Source: Azolla caroliniana (lineage: Eukaryota; Plantae; Polypodiophyta). From it: a DNA stretch of 64,000 nt. Position 1 is the first letter of the stretch, and the number at the start of each line of letters is the position of its first letter. Below the pieces are notes generated by a model, which saw only the letters and a list, made by a program, of their open reading frames with translations, did not search any database and had not been told where the DNA came from. Made by a program: the position numbers and the translations under genes. Shown here one piece after another: positions 12,992 through 27,000 of the stretch. The stretch spans positions 186,001-250,000 of the forward strand of contig JBHGNT010000006.1 in NCBI GenBank assembly GCA_043228905.1. The letters are read 5' to 3'.

Positions 12992-15900
12992 TTCCATATC
13001 ATAGCTAGCGTTGTTAGCTTCGATTCGCATGTTTGAACACAAAAATCCGATATCACACGAGCCAGGTATGAACATTTTAATTTACCTACTAGCTCTTCTC
13101 AACTCAATCCTCAAATTTGGTAATTTCGTCATGTCTCTCGACCTGAGTTTCAAAATCTTGATTTTTTAATTCCATATCATAGCTAGCGTTGTTAGCTTCG
13201 ATTCGCATGTTTGTACACAAAAATCTGATATCACACGAGCCAGGTATGAACATTTTTATTTACCTACTAGCTCTTCTCAACTCACTCCTCAAATTTGGTA
13301 ATTACGTCATGTCTCTCGAGCTGATTTTCAAAATCTTGATTTTTTAATTCTATATGATAGCAAGCATTGTTAGCTTCCATTCGCATGTTTGAATACAAAA
13401 ATCCGATATCACACGAGCTAGGTATGAACATTTTAATTTACTCAAGGACTCCTCTCAACTGACTCCTCAAATTTGGTAATTTCGTCATGTCTCTCGACCT
13501 GAGTTTCAGAATCTTGATTTTTTAATTCCATATCATAGCTAGCGTTGTTAGCTTCGATTCGCATGTTTGAATATAAAAATCCGATGTCACACGAGCCAGG
13601 TATGAAGATTTTAATTTACGTACTAGCTCTTCTCAACTCACTCCTCAAATTTGGTAATTTTCTCATGTCTCTCGACCTGAGTTTCAGAATTTTGATTTTT
13701 TAATTCCATATCATAGCTAGCGTTGTTAGCTTCGATTTGTATGTTTGAATATAAAAATCCGATGTCACACGAGCCAGGTATGAACATTTTAATTTACCTA
13801 CTAGCACTTCTCAACTCAGTTCTCATATTTGGTAATTTCGTCATGTCTCTCGACCTGAGTTTCAAAATCTTGATTTTTTAATTCTATATGATAGCTAGCG
13901 TTGTTAGCTTTGATTCGCATGTTTGAACATAAAAATCCGATATCACACGAGCCAGGTATGAACATTTTTATTTACCTACTAGCTCTTCTCAACTGAATGC
14001 TCAAATTTGGTAATTTCGTCATGTCTCTCGACCTTAGTTTCAAAATCTTGATTTTTTAATTCCATATCAGAGCTAGCGTTGTTAGCTTCGATTCGCATGT
14101 TTGAACACAAATATCCGATATCACACGAGCCAGGTATGAACATTTTAATTTACTGAAGGGCTCCTCTCAACTCACTCCTGAAATTTGGTAATTACGTCAT
14201 GTCTCTCGACCTGAGTTTCAAAATCTTGATTTTTTAATTCCATATGATAGCTAGCGTTGTTAGCTTCGATTCGCATGTTTGAACACAAAAATCCGATATC
14301 ACACGAGCCAGGTATGAACATTTTAATTTACCTACTAGCTCTTCTCAACTCAATCCTCAAATTTGGTAATTTCGTCATGTCTCTCGGCCTGAGTTTCAAA
14401 ATCTTGATTTTTTAATTCCATATCATAGCTAGAGTTGTTAGCTTCGATTGGCATGTTTGAACACAAAAATCCGATATCACACGAGCCAGGTATGAACATT
14501 TTAATTTATTCAAGCGCTCCTCTCAACTCACTCCTCAAATTTGGTAATTACGTCATGTCTCTCGACCTGAGTTTCAAAATCTTGATTTTTTAATTCTATA
14601 TGATAGCTAGCGTTGTTAGCTTCGATTCGCATGTTTGAACACAAAAATCCGATATCACACGAGCCAGGTATGAACATTTTAATTTACCTACTAGCTCTTC
14701 TCAACTAACTCCTCAAATTTGGTAATTTCGTCATGTCTCTCGACCTGAGTTTCAAAATCTTGATTTTTTAATTCCATATCATAGCTAGCGTTGTTAGCTT
14801 CGATTCGCATGTTTGTACTCAAAAATCCGATGTCACACGAGCCAGGTATGAACATTTTTATTTACCTACTAGCTCTTCTCAACTCAGTCCTCAAATTTGG
14901 TAATTTCGTTATGTCTCTCGACCTGAGTTTCAAAATCTTGATTTTTTAATTCTATATGATAGCTAGCGTTGTTAGCTTCGATTCGCATGTTTGAACATAA
15001 AAATCCGATATCACACGAGCCAGGTATGAACATTTTTATTTACCTACTAGCTCTTCTCAACTCAATGCTCAAATTTGGTAATTACGTCATGTCTCTCGAC
15101 CTTAGTTTCAAAATCTTGATTTTTTAATTCCATATCATAGCTAGCGTTGTTAGCTTGGATTCGCATGTTTGTACACAAAAATCTGATATCACACGAGCCA
15201 GGTATGAACATTTTTATTTACATACTAGCTCTTCTCAACTCACTCCTCAAATTTGGTAATTACGTCATGTCTCTCGAGCTGATTTTCAAAATCTTGATTT
15301 TTTAATTCTATATGATAGCTAGCATTGTTAGCTTCCATTCGCATGTTTGAATACAAAAATCCGATATCACCCGAGCCAGGTATGAACATTTTAATTTACT
15401 CAAGGACTCCTCTCAACGGACTCCTCAAATTTGGTAATTTCGTCATGTCTCTCGACCTGAGTTTCAGAATCTTGATTTTTTAATTCCATATTATAGCTAG
15501 CGTTGTTAGCTTCGATTCGCATGTTTGAATATAAAAATCCGATGTCACACGAGCCAGGTATGAACATTTTAATTTACCTACTAGCTCTTCTCAACTCACT
15601 CCTCAAATTTGGTAATTTTGTCATGTCTCTCGACCTGAGTTTCAGAATCTTGATTTTTTAATTCCATATCATAGCTAGCGTTGTTAGCTTCGATTCGCAT
15701 GTTTGAATATAAAAATCCGATGTCACAGAAGCCAGGTATGAACATTTTAATTTACCTACTAGCTCTTCTCAACTCAGTTCTCAAATTTGGTAATTTCGTC
15801 ATGTCTCTCGACCTGAGTTTCAAAATCTTGTTTTTTAATTCCATATCATAGCTAGCGTTGTTAGCTTCGATTCGCATGTTTGTACACAAAAATCCGATAT

Positions 15901-16372
15901 CACACGAGCCAGGTATGAACATTTTTATTTACCTACTAGCTCTTCTCAACTCAATGCTCAAATGTGGTAATTTCGTCATGTCTCTCGACCTGAGTTTCAA
16001 AATATTGATTTTTTAATTCCATATCATAGCTAACGTTGTTAGCTTCGATTCGCATGTTTGTACACAAAAATCCGATATCACAGGAGCCAGGTATGAACAT
16101 TTGAATTTACCTACTAGCTCTTCTCATCTCAATCCTCAAATTTGGTAATTTCGTCATGTCTCTCGACCTGAGTTTCAAAATCTTGATTTTTTAATTCCAT
16201 ATCATAGCTAGCGTTGTTAGCTTCGATTCGCATGTTTGTACACAAAAATCCGATATCACACGAGCCAGGTATGAACATTTTAATTTACTTAAGGGCTCCT
16301 CTCAACTAACTCCTCAAATTTGGTAATTACGTCATGTCTCTCGACCTGAGTTTCAAAATCTTGATTTTTTAA

Positions 16373-19300
16373 TTCCATATCATAGCTAGCGTTGTTAGCT
16401 TCGATTTGCATGTTTGAACACAAAAATCAGATATCACACGAGCCAGGTATGAACATTTTAATTTACTCAAGCGCTCCTCTCAACTCACTCCTCAAATTTG
16501 GTAATTACGTCATGTCTCTCGACCTGAGTTTCAAAATCTTGATTTTTTAATTCTATATGATAGCTAGCGTTGTTAGCTTCGATTCGCATGTTTGAACACA
16601 AAAATCCGATATCACACGAGCTAGGTATGAACATTTTAATTTACCTACTAGCTCTTCTCAACTAACTCCTCAAATTTGGTAACTTCGTCATGTCTCTCGA
16701 CCTGAGTTTCAAAATCTTGATTTTTTAATTCCATATCATAGCTAGCGTTGTTAGCTTCGATTCGCATGTTTGTACTCAAAAATCCGATGTCACACGAGCC
16801 AGGTATGAACATTTTTATTTACCTACTAGCTCTTCTCAACTCAGTCCTCAAATTTGGTAATTTCGTCATGTCTCTCGACCTGAGTTTCAAAATCTTGATT
16901 TTTTAATTCTATATGATAGCTAGCGTTGTTAGCTTCGATTCGCATGTTTGAACATAAAAATCCGATATCACACGAGCCAGGTATGAACATTTTGACTTAC
17001 CTACTAGCTCTTCTCAACTCAATGCTCAAATTTGGTAATTTCGTCATGTCTCTCGACCTTAGTTTCAAAATCTTGATTTTTTAATTCCATATCATAGCTA
17101 GCGTTGTTAGCTTCGATTCGCAGGTTTGAACACAAATATCCGATATCACACGAGCCAGGTATGAACATTTTAATTTACTCAAGGGCTCCTCTCAACTCAC
17201 TCCTGAAATTTGGTAATTACGTCATGTCTCTCGACCTGAGTTTCAAAATCTTGATTTTTTAATTCTATATGATAGCTAGCGTTGTTAGCTTCGATTCGCA
17301 TGTTTGAACACAAAAATCCGATATCACACGAGCCAGGTATGAACATTTTAATTTAGCTACTAGCTCTTCTCAACTCAATCCTCAAATTTGGTAATTTCGT
17401 CATGTCTCTCGGCCTGAGTTTCAAAATCTTGATTTTTTAATTCCATATCATAGCTAGCGTTGTTAGCTTCGATTCGCATGTTTGTACACAAAAATCCAAT
17501 ATCACACGAGCCAGGTATGAACATTTTAATTTACCCAAGGGCTCCTCTCAACTCACTCCTGAAATTTGGTAATTACGTCATGTCTCTCGACCTGAGTTTC
17601 AAAATGTTGATTTTCTTATTCCATATTATAGCTAGCGTTGTTAGCTTCGATTTGCATGTTTGAACACAAAAATCCGATATCACACGAGCCAGGTATGAAC
17701 ATTTTAATTTACTCAAGCGCTCCTCTCAACTCACTCCTCAAATTTGGTAATTACGTCATGTCTCTCGACCTGAGTTTCAAAATCTTGATTTTTTAATTCT
17801 ATATGATAGCTAGCGTTGTTAGCTTCGATTCGCATGTTTGAACACAAAAATCCGATATCACACGAGCCAGGTATGAACATTTTAATTTACCTACTAGCTC
17901 TTCTCAACTAACTCCTCAAATTTGGTAACTTCGTCATGTCTCTCGACCTGAGTTTCAAAATCTTGATTTTTTAATTCCATATCATAGCTAGCGTTGTTAG
18001 CTTCGATTCGCATGTTTGTACTCAAAAATCCGATGTCACACGAGCCAGGTATGAACATTTTTATTTACCTACGAGCTCTTCTCAACTCAGTCCTCAAATT
18101 TGGTAATTTCGTCATGTCTCTCGACCTGAGTTTCAAAATCTTGATTTTTTAATTCTATATGATAGCTAGCGTTGTTAGCTTTGATTCGCATGTTTGAACA
18201 TAAAAATCCGATATCACACGAGCCAGGTATGAACATTTTGACTTACCTACTAGCTCTTCTCAACTCACTCCTCAAATTTGGTAATTTCGTCATGTCTCTC
18301 GACCTTAGTTTCAAAATCTTGATTTTTTAATTCCATATCATAGCTAGCGTTGTTAGCTTCGATTCGCAGGTTTGAACACAAATATCCGATATCACACGAG
18401 CCAGGTATGAACATTTTAATTTACTCAAGGGCTCCTCTCAACTCACTCCTGAAATTTGGTAATTACGTCATGTCTCTCGACCTGAGTTTCAAAATCTTGA
18501 TTTTTTAATTCTATATGATAGCTAGCGTTGTTAGCTTCGATTCGCATGTTTGAACACAAAAATCCGATATCACACGAGCCAGGTATGAACATTTTAATTT
18601 AGCTACTAGCTCTTCTCAACTCAATCCTCAAATTTGGTAATTTCGTCATGTCTCTCGGCCTGAGTTTCAAAATCTTGATTTTTTAATTCCATATCATAGC
18701 TAGCGTTGTTAGCTTCGATTCGCATGTTTGTACACAAAAATCCAATATCACACGAGCCAGGTATGAACATTTTAATTTACCCAAGGGCTCCTCTCAACTC
18801 ACTCCTGAAATTTGGTAATTACGTCATGTCTCTCGACCTGAGTTTCAAAATGTTGATTTTCTTATTCCATATTATAGCTAGCGTTGTTAGCTTCGATTTG
18901 CATGTTTGAACACAAAAATCCGATATCACACGAGCCAGGTATGAACATTTTAATTTACTCAAGCGCTCCTCTCAACTCACTCCTCAAATTTGGTAATTAC
19001 GTCATGTCTCTCGACCTGAGTTTCAAAATCTTGATTTTTTAATTCTATATGATAGCTAGCGTTGTTAGCTTCGATTCGCATGTTTGAACACAAAAATCCG
19101 ATATCACACGAGCCAGGTATGAACATTTTAATTTACCTACTAGCTCTTCTCAACTAACTCCTCAAATCTGGTAACTTCGTCATGTCTCTCGACCTGAGTT
19201 TCAAAATCTTGATTTTTTAATTCCATATCATAGCTAGCGTTGTTAGCTTCGATTCGCATGTTTGTACTCAAAAATCCGATGTCACACGAGCCAGGTATGA

Positions 19301-22300
19301 ACATTTTTATTTACCTACTAGCTCTTCTCAACTCAGTCCTCAAATTTGGTAATTTCGTCATGTCTCTCGACCTGAGTTTCAAAATCTTGATTTTTTAATT
19401 CTATATGATAGCTAGCGTTGTTAGCTTCGATTCGCATGTTTGAACATAAAAATCCGATATCACACGAGCCAGGTATGAACATTTTGACTTACCTACTAGC
19501 TCTTCTCAACTCAATGCTCAAATTTGGTAATTTCGTCATGTCTCTCGACCTTAGTTTCAAAATCTTGATTTTTTAATTCCATATCATAGCTAGCGTTGTT
19601 AGCTTCGATTCGCAGGTTTGAACACAAATATCCGATATCACACGAGCCAGGTATGAACATTTTAATTTACTCAAGGGCTCCTCTCAACTCACTCCTGAAA
19701 TTTGGTAATTACGTCATGTCTCTCGACCTGAGTTTCAAAATCTTGATTTTTTAATTCTATATGATAGCTAGCGTTGTTAGCTTCGATTCGCATGTTTGAA
19801 CACAAAAATCCGATATCACACGAGCCAGGTATGAACATTTTAATTTAGCTACTAGCTCTTCTCAACTCAATCCTCAAATTTGGTAATTTCGTCATGTCTC
19901 TCGGCCTGAGTTTCAAAATCTTGATTTTTTAATTCCATATCATAGCTAGCGTTGTTAGCTTCGATTCGCATGTTTGTACACAAAAATCCAATATCACACG
20001 AGCCAGGTATGAACATTTTAATTTACCCAAGGGCTCCTCTCAACTCACTCCTGAAATTTGGTAATTACGTCATGTCTCTCGACCTGAGTTTCAAAATGTT
20101 GATTTTCTTATTCCATATTATAGCTAGCGTTGTTAGCTTCGATTTGCATGTTTGAACACAAAAATCCGATATCACACGAGCCAGGTATGAACATTTTAAT
20201 TTACTCAAGCGCTCCTCTCAACTCACTCCTCAAATTTGGTAATTACGTCATGTCTCTCGACCTGAGTTTCAAAATCTTGATTTTTTAATTCTATATGATA
20301 GCTAGCGTTGTTAGCTTCGATTCGCATGTTTGAACACAAAAATCCGATATCACACGAGCCAGGTATGAACATTTTAATTTACCTACTAGCTCTTCTCAAC
20401 TAACTCCTCAAATCTGGTAACTTCCTCATGTCTCTCGACCTGAGTTTTAAAATCTTGATTTTTTAATTCCATATCATAGCTAGCGTTGTTAGCTTCGATT
20501 CGCATGTTTGTACTCAAAAATCCGATGTCACACGAGCCAGGTATGAACATTTTTATTTACGTACTAGCTCTTCTCAACTCAGTCCTCAAATTTGGTAATT
20601 TCGTCATGTCTCTCGACCTGAGTTTCAAAATCTTGATTTTTTAATTCTATATGATAGCTAGCGTTGTTAGCTTCGATTCGCATGTTTGAACATAAAAATC
20701 CGATATCACACGAGCCAGGTATGAACATTTTGACTTACCTACTAGCTCTTCTCAACTCAATGCTCAAATTTGGTAATTTCGTCATGTCTCTCGACCTTAG
20801 TTTCAAAATCTTGATTTTTTAATTCCATATCATAGCTAGCGTTGTTAGCTTCGATTCGCAGGTTTGAACACAAATATCCGATATCACACGAGCCAGGTAT
20901 GAACATTTTAATTTACTCAAGGGCTCCTCTCAACTCACTCCTGAAATTTGGTAATTACGTCATGTCTCTCGACCTAAGTTTCAAAATCTTGATTTTTTAA
21001 TTCTATATGATAGCTAGCGTTGTTAGCTTCGATTCGCATGTTTGAACACAAAAATCCGATATCACACGAGCCAGGTATGAACATTTTAATTTAGCTACTA
21101 GCTCTTCTCAACTCAATCCTCAAATTTGGTAATTTCGTCATGTCTCTCGGCCTGAGTTTCAAAATCTTGATTTTTTAATTCCATATCATAGCTAGCGTTG
21201 TTAGCTTCGATTCGCATGTTTGTACACAAAAATCCAATATCACACGAGCCAGGTATGAACATTTTAATTTACCCAAGGGCTCCTCTCAACTCACTCCTGA
21301 AATTTGGTAATTACGTCATGTCTCTCGACCTGAGTTTCAAAATGTTGATTTTCTTATTCCATATTATAGCTAGCGTTGTTAGCTTCGATTTGCATGTTTG
21401 AACACAAAAATCCGATATCACACGAGCCAGGTATGAACATTTTAATTTACTCAAGCGCTCCTCTCAACTCACTCCTCAAATTTGGTAATTACGTCATGTC
21501 TCTCGACCTGAGTTTCAAAATCTTGATTTTTTAATTCTATATGATAGCTAGCGTTGTTAGCTTCGATTCGCATGTTTGAACACAAAAATCCGATATCACA
21601 CGAGCCAGGTATGAACATTTTAATTTACCTACTAGCTCTTCTCAACTAACTCCTCAAATTTGGTAACTTCGTCATGTCTCTCGACCTGAGTTTCAAAATC
21701 TTGATTTTTTAATTCCATATCATAGCTAGCGTTGTTAGCTTCGATTCGCATGTTTGTACTCAAAAATCCGATGTCACACGAGCCAGGTATGAACATTTTT
21801 ATTTACCTACTAGCTCTTCTCAACTCAGTCCTCAAATTTGGTAATTTCGTCATGTCTCTCGACCTGAGTTTCAAAATCTTGATTTTTTAATTCTATATGA
21901 TAGCTAGCATTGTTAGCTTCGATTCGCATGTTTGAACATAAAAATCCGATATCACACGAGCCAGGTATGAACATTTTGACTTACCTACTAGCTCTTCTCA
22001 ACTCAATGCTCAAATTTGGTAATTTCGTCATGTCTCTCGACCTTAGTTTCAAAATCTTGATTTTTTAATTCCATATCATAGCTAGCGTTGTTAGCTTCGA
22101 TTCGCAGGTTTGAACACAAATATCCGATATCACACGAGCCAGGTATGAACATTTTAATTTACTCAAGGGCTCCTCTCAACTCACTCCTGAAATTTGGTAA
22201 TTACGTCATGTCTCTCGACCTGAGTTTCAAAATCTTGATTTTTTAATTCTATATGATAGCTAGCGTTGTTAGCTTCGATTCGCATGTTTGAACACAAAAA

Positions 22301-24026
22301 TCCGATATCACACGAGCCAGGTATGAACATTTTAATTTAGCTACTAGCTCTTCTCAACTCAATCCTCAAATTTGGTAATTTCGTCATGTCTCTCGGCCTG
22401 AGTTTCAAAATCTTGATTTTTTAATTCCATATCATAGCTAGCGTTGTTAGCTTCGATTCGCATGTTTGTACACAAAAATCCAATATCACACGAGCCAGGT
22501 ATGAACATTTTAATTTACCCAAGGGCTCCTCTCAACTCACTCCTGAAATTTGGTAATTACGTCATGTCTCTCGACCTGAGTTTCAAAATGTTGATTTTCT
22601 TATTCCATATTATAGCTAGCGTTGTTAGCTTCGATTTGCATGTTTGAACACAAAAATCCGATATCACACGAGCCAGGTATGAACATTTTAATTTACTCAA
22701 GCGCTCCTCTCAACTCACTCCTCAAATTTGGTAATTACGTCATGTCTCTCGACCTGAGTTTCAAAATCTTGATTTTTTAATTCTATATGATAGCTAGCGT
22801 TGTTAGCTTCGATTCGCATGTTTGAACACAAAAATCCGATATCACACGAGCCAGGTATGAACATTTTAATTTACCTACTAGCTCTTCTCAACTAACTCCT
22901 CAAATTTGGTAACTTCGTCATGTCTCTCGACCTGAGTTTCAAAATCTTGATTTTTTAATTCCATATCATAGCTAGCGTTGTTAGCTTCGATTCGCATGTT
23001 TGTACTTAAAAATCCGATGTCACACGAGCCAGGTATGAACATTTTTATTTACCTACTAGCTCTTCTCAACTCAGTCCTCAAATTTGGTAATTTCGTCATG
23101 TCTCTCGACCTGAGTTTCAAAATCTTGATTTTTTAATTCTATATGATAGCTAGCATTGTTAGCTTCGATTCGCATGTTTGAACATAAAAATCCGATATCA
23201 CACGAGCCAGGTATGAACATTTTGACTTACCTACTAGCTCTTCTCAACTCAATGCTCAAATTTGGTAATTTCGTCATGTCTCTCGACCTTAGTTTCAAAA
23301 TCTTGATTTTTTAATTCCATATCATAGCTAGCGTTGTTAGCTTCGATTCGCATGTTTGAACACAAATATCCGATATCACACGAGCCAGGTATGAACATTT
23401 TAATTTACTCAAGGGCTCCTCTCAACTCATTCCTGAAATTTGGTAATTACGTCATGTCTCTCGACCTAAGTTTCAAAATCTTGATTTTTTAATTCTATAT
23501 GATAGCTAGCGTTGTTAGCTTCGATTCGCATGTTTGAACACAAAAATCCGATATCACACGAGCCAGGTATGAACATTTTAATTTAGCTACTAGCTCTTCT
23601 CAACTCAATCCTCAAATTTGGTAATTTCGTCATGTCTCTCGGCCTGAGTTTCAAAATCTTGATTTTTTAATTCCATATCATAGCTAGCGTTGTTAGCTTC
23701 GATTCGCATGTTTGTACACAAAAATCCAATATCACACGAGCCAGGTATGAACATTTTAATTTACCCAAGGGCTCCTCTCAACTCACTCCTGAAATTTGGT
23801 AATTACGTCATGTCTCTCGACCTGAGTTTCAAAATGTTGATTTTCTTATTCCATATTATAGCTAGCGTTGTTAGCTTCGATTTGCATGTTTGAACACAAA
23901 AATCCGATATCACACGAGCCAGGTATGAACATTTTAATTTACTCAAGCGCTCCTCTCAACTCACTCCTCAAATTTGGTAATTACGTCATGTCTCTCGACC
24001 TGAGTTTCAAAATCTTGATTTTTTAA
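16373..24026 (+). repeat. Regular 7-mer higher-order repeat (1246-bp unit), 6 near-identical copies plus one monomer
   Basis: Identical 67-aa ORF translations at 17460, 18706, 19952, 21198, 22444 and 23690 (exactly 1246 = 7x178 apart). Markers TTTTGACTTAC, CGCAGG, GGTAAC and AAATGTTGATTTTCTTA recur at that period. Confidence 0.97.
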
Positions 24027-27000
24027 TTCTATATGATAGCTAGCGTTGTTAGCTTCGATTCGCATGTTTGAACACAAAAATCCGATATCACACGAGCCAA
24101 GTATGAACATTTTAATTTACCTACTAGCTCTTCTCAACTCAATCCTCAAATTTGGTAATTTCGTCATGTCTCTCGACCTGAGTTTCAAAATCTTGATTTT
24201 TTAATTCCATATCATAACTAGCGTTGTTAGCTTCGATTCGCATGTTTGTACACAAAAATCCGATATCACATGAGCCAGGTATGAACATTTTTATTTACCT
24301 ACTAGCTCTTCTCAACTCACTCCTCAAATTTGGTAATTTCTTCATGTCTCTCGACCTGAGTTTCAGAATCTTGATTTTTTAATTCCATATCATAGCTAGC
24401 GTTGTTAGCTTCGATTCGCATGTTTGTACACAAAAATCCGATATCACACGAGCCAGGTATGAACAATTTAATTCACCTACTAGCTCTTCTCAACTCAGTC
24501 CTCAAATTTGGTAATTTCGTCATGTCTCTCGACCTGAGTTTCAAAATCTTGATTTTTTAATTCCATATCATAACTAGCGTTGTTAGCTTCGATTCGCATG
24601 TTTGTACACAAAAATCCGATATCACACGAGCCAGGTATGAACATTTTAATTTACCTACTAGCTCTTCTCAACTCACTCCTCAAATTTGGTAATTTCTTCA
24701 TGTCTCTCGACCTGAGTTTCAGAATCTTGATTTTTTTATTCCATATCATAGCTAGCGTTATTAGCTTCGATTCGCATGTTTGTACACAAAAATCCGATAT
24801 TACACTCGCCAGATATGAACATTTTCATTTACTCAAGGGCTCCTCTCAACCCCCTCGTCAAGGTTGCTAATGTCGTCATGTCTCTCGACCTGAGTTTCAA
24901 AATCTTTATTTTTTAATTCCATATCATAGCTAGCGTTGTTAGCTTCGATTCGCATGTTTGTACACAAAAATCCGATATCACACGAGCCAGGTATGAACAA
25001 TTTAATTCACCTACTAGCTCTTCTCAACTCAGTCCTCAAATTTGGTAATTTCGTCATGTCTCTCGACCTGAGTTTCAAAATCTTGATTTTTTAATTCCAT
25101 ATCATAGCTAGCGTTGTTAGCTTCGATTCGCATGTTTGAACACAAAAATCCGATGTCACACGAACCAGGTATGATCATTTTAATTTACCTACTAGCTCTT
25201 CTCAACTCACTCCTCAAATTTGGTAATTTCGTCAGGTCTCTCGACCTGAGTTTCAAAATCTTGATTTTTTAATTCCATATCACTGCTAGCGTTGTTAGCT
25301 TCGATTCGCATGTTTGAATACAAAAATCCGATGTCACACGAACCAGGTATGAACAATTAAATTCACCTACTAGCTGTTCTCAACTCAGTCCTCAAATTTG
25401 GTAATTTCGTCATGTATCTCGAGCTGAGTTTCAAAATCTTGATTTTTTAATTCCATATCATAGCTAGCGTTGTTAGCTTCGGTTCACATGTTTGAACACA
25501 AAAATCCGATATCACACGAGCCAGGTATGAACATTTTTATTTACCTACTAGCTCTTCTCAACTCACTCCTCAAATTTGGTAATTTCTTCATGTCTCTCGA
25601 CCTGAGTTTCAAAATCTTGATTTTTTAATTCCACATCATAGCTAGCGTTGTTAGCTTCGATTCGCATGTTTGAACACAAAAATCCAATATCACACGAGCC
25701 AGGTATGAACATTTTTATTTACTCAAGGGCTCCTCTCAACTCACTCCTCAAATTTTGTAATTACGTCATGTCTCTCGACCTGAGTTTCAAAATCTTGATT
25801 TTTTAATTCCATATCATAGCTAGCGTTGTTAGCTTCGATTAGCATATTTGTACTCAAAAATCCGATATCACACGACCCAGGTATGAACAATTTAATTTAC
25901 CTACTAGCTCTTCTCAACTCACTCCTCAAATTTCGTAATTTCGTCATGTCTCTCGACCTGAGTTTCAAAATCCTGATTTTTTAATTCCATATCATAGCTA
26001 GCGTTGTTAGCTTCGATTCGCATGTTTGAACACAAAAATCCGATATCACATGAGCCAGGTATGAACATTTTTATTTACCTACTAGCTCTTCTCAACTCAA
26101 TCCTCAAATTTGGTAATTTCGTCATGTCTCTCGACCTGAGTTTCAAAATCTTGATTTTTTAATTCCATATCATAACTAGCGTTGTTAGCTTCGATTCGCA
26201 TGTTTGTACACAAAAATCCGATATCACATGAGCCAGGTATGAACATTTTTATTTACCTACTAGCTCTTCTCAACTCACTCCTCAAATTTGGTAATTTCTT
26301 CATGTCTCTCGACCTGAGTTTCAGAATCTTGATTTTTTAATTCCATATCATAGCTAGCGTTGTTAGCTTCGATTCGCATGTTTGTACACAAAAATCCGAT
26401 ATCACACGAGCCAGGTATGAACATTTTAATTTACCTACTAGCTCTTCTCAACTCACTCCTCAAATTTGGTAATTTCTTCATGTCTCTCGACCTGAGTTTC
26501 AGAATCTTGATTTTTTTATTCCATATCATAGCTAGCGTTATTAGCTTCGATTCGCATGTTTGTACACAAAAATCCGATATTACACTCGCCAGATATGAAC
26601 ATTTTCATTTACTCAAGGGCTCCTCTCAACCCCCTCGTCAAGGTTGCTAATTTCGTCATGTCTCTCGAGCTGAGTTTCCAAATCCTTATTTTTTAATTCC
26701 ATATCATAGCTAGCGTTGTTAGCTTCGATTCGCATGTTTGAACACAAAAATCCGATATCACATGAGCCAGGTATGAACATTTTTATTTACCTACTAGCTC
26801 TTCTCAACTCACTCCTCAAACTTGGTAATTTCTTCATGTCTCTCGACCTGAGTTTCAGAATCTTGATTTTTAAATTCCATATCATAGCTAGCGTTGTTAG
26901 TTTCGATTCGCATATTTGTACTCAAAAATCCGATATCACACGAGCCAGGTATGAACATTTTAATTTACCTACTAGCTCTTCTCAACTCAGTCCTCAAATT

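Larger units (their letters stand above)
7862..16194 (+). repeat. About 4.1-4.25-kb (24- vs 23-monomer) tandem block duplication; each copy carries a 16-bp-deleted monomer
   Basis: CCAATAGCAC (~7917/12173) and the deleted monomers (8574/12830) are 4256 bp apart. Downstream markers GCAAGCATT, ATCAGAGC, CTAGAGTT, CACCCGAG, CACAGAAG and AAATGTGG are 4078/4077 bp apart, so copy 1 has one extra monomer. Confidence 0.88.
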
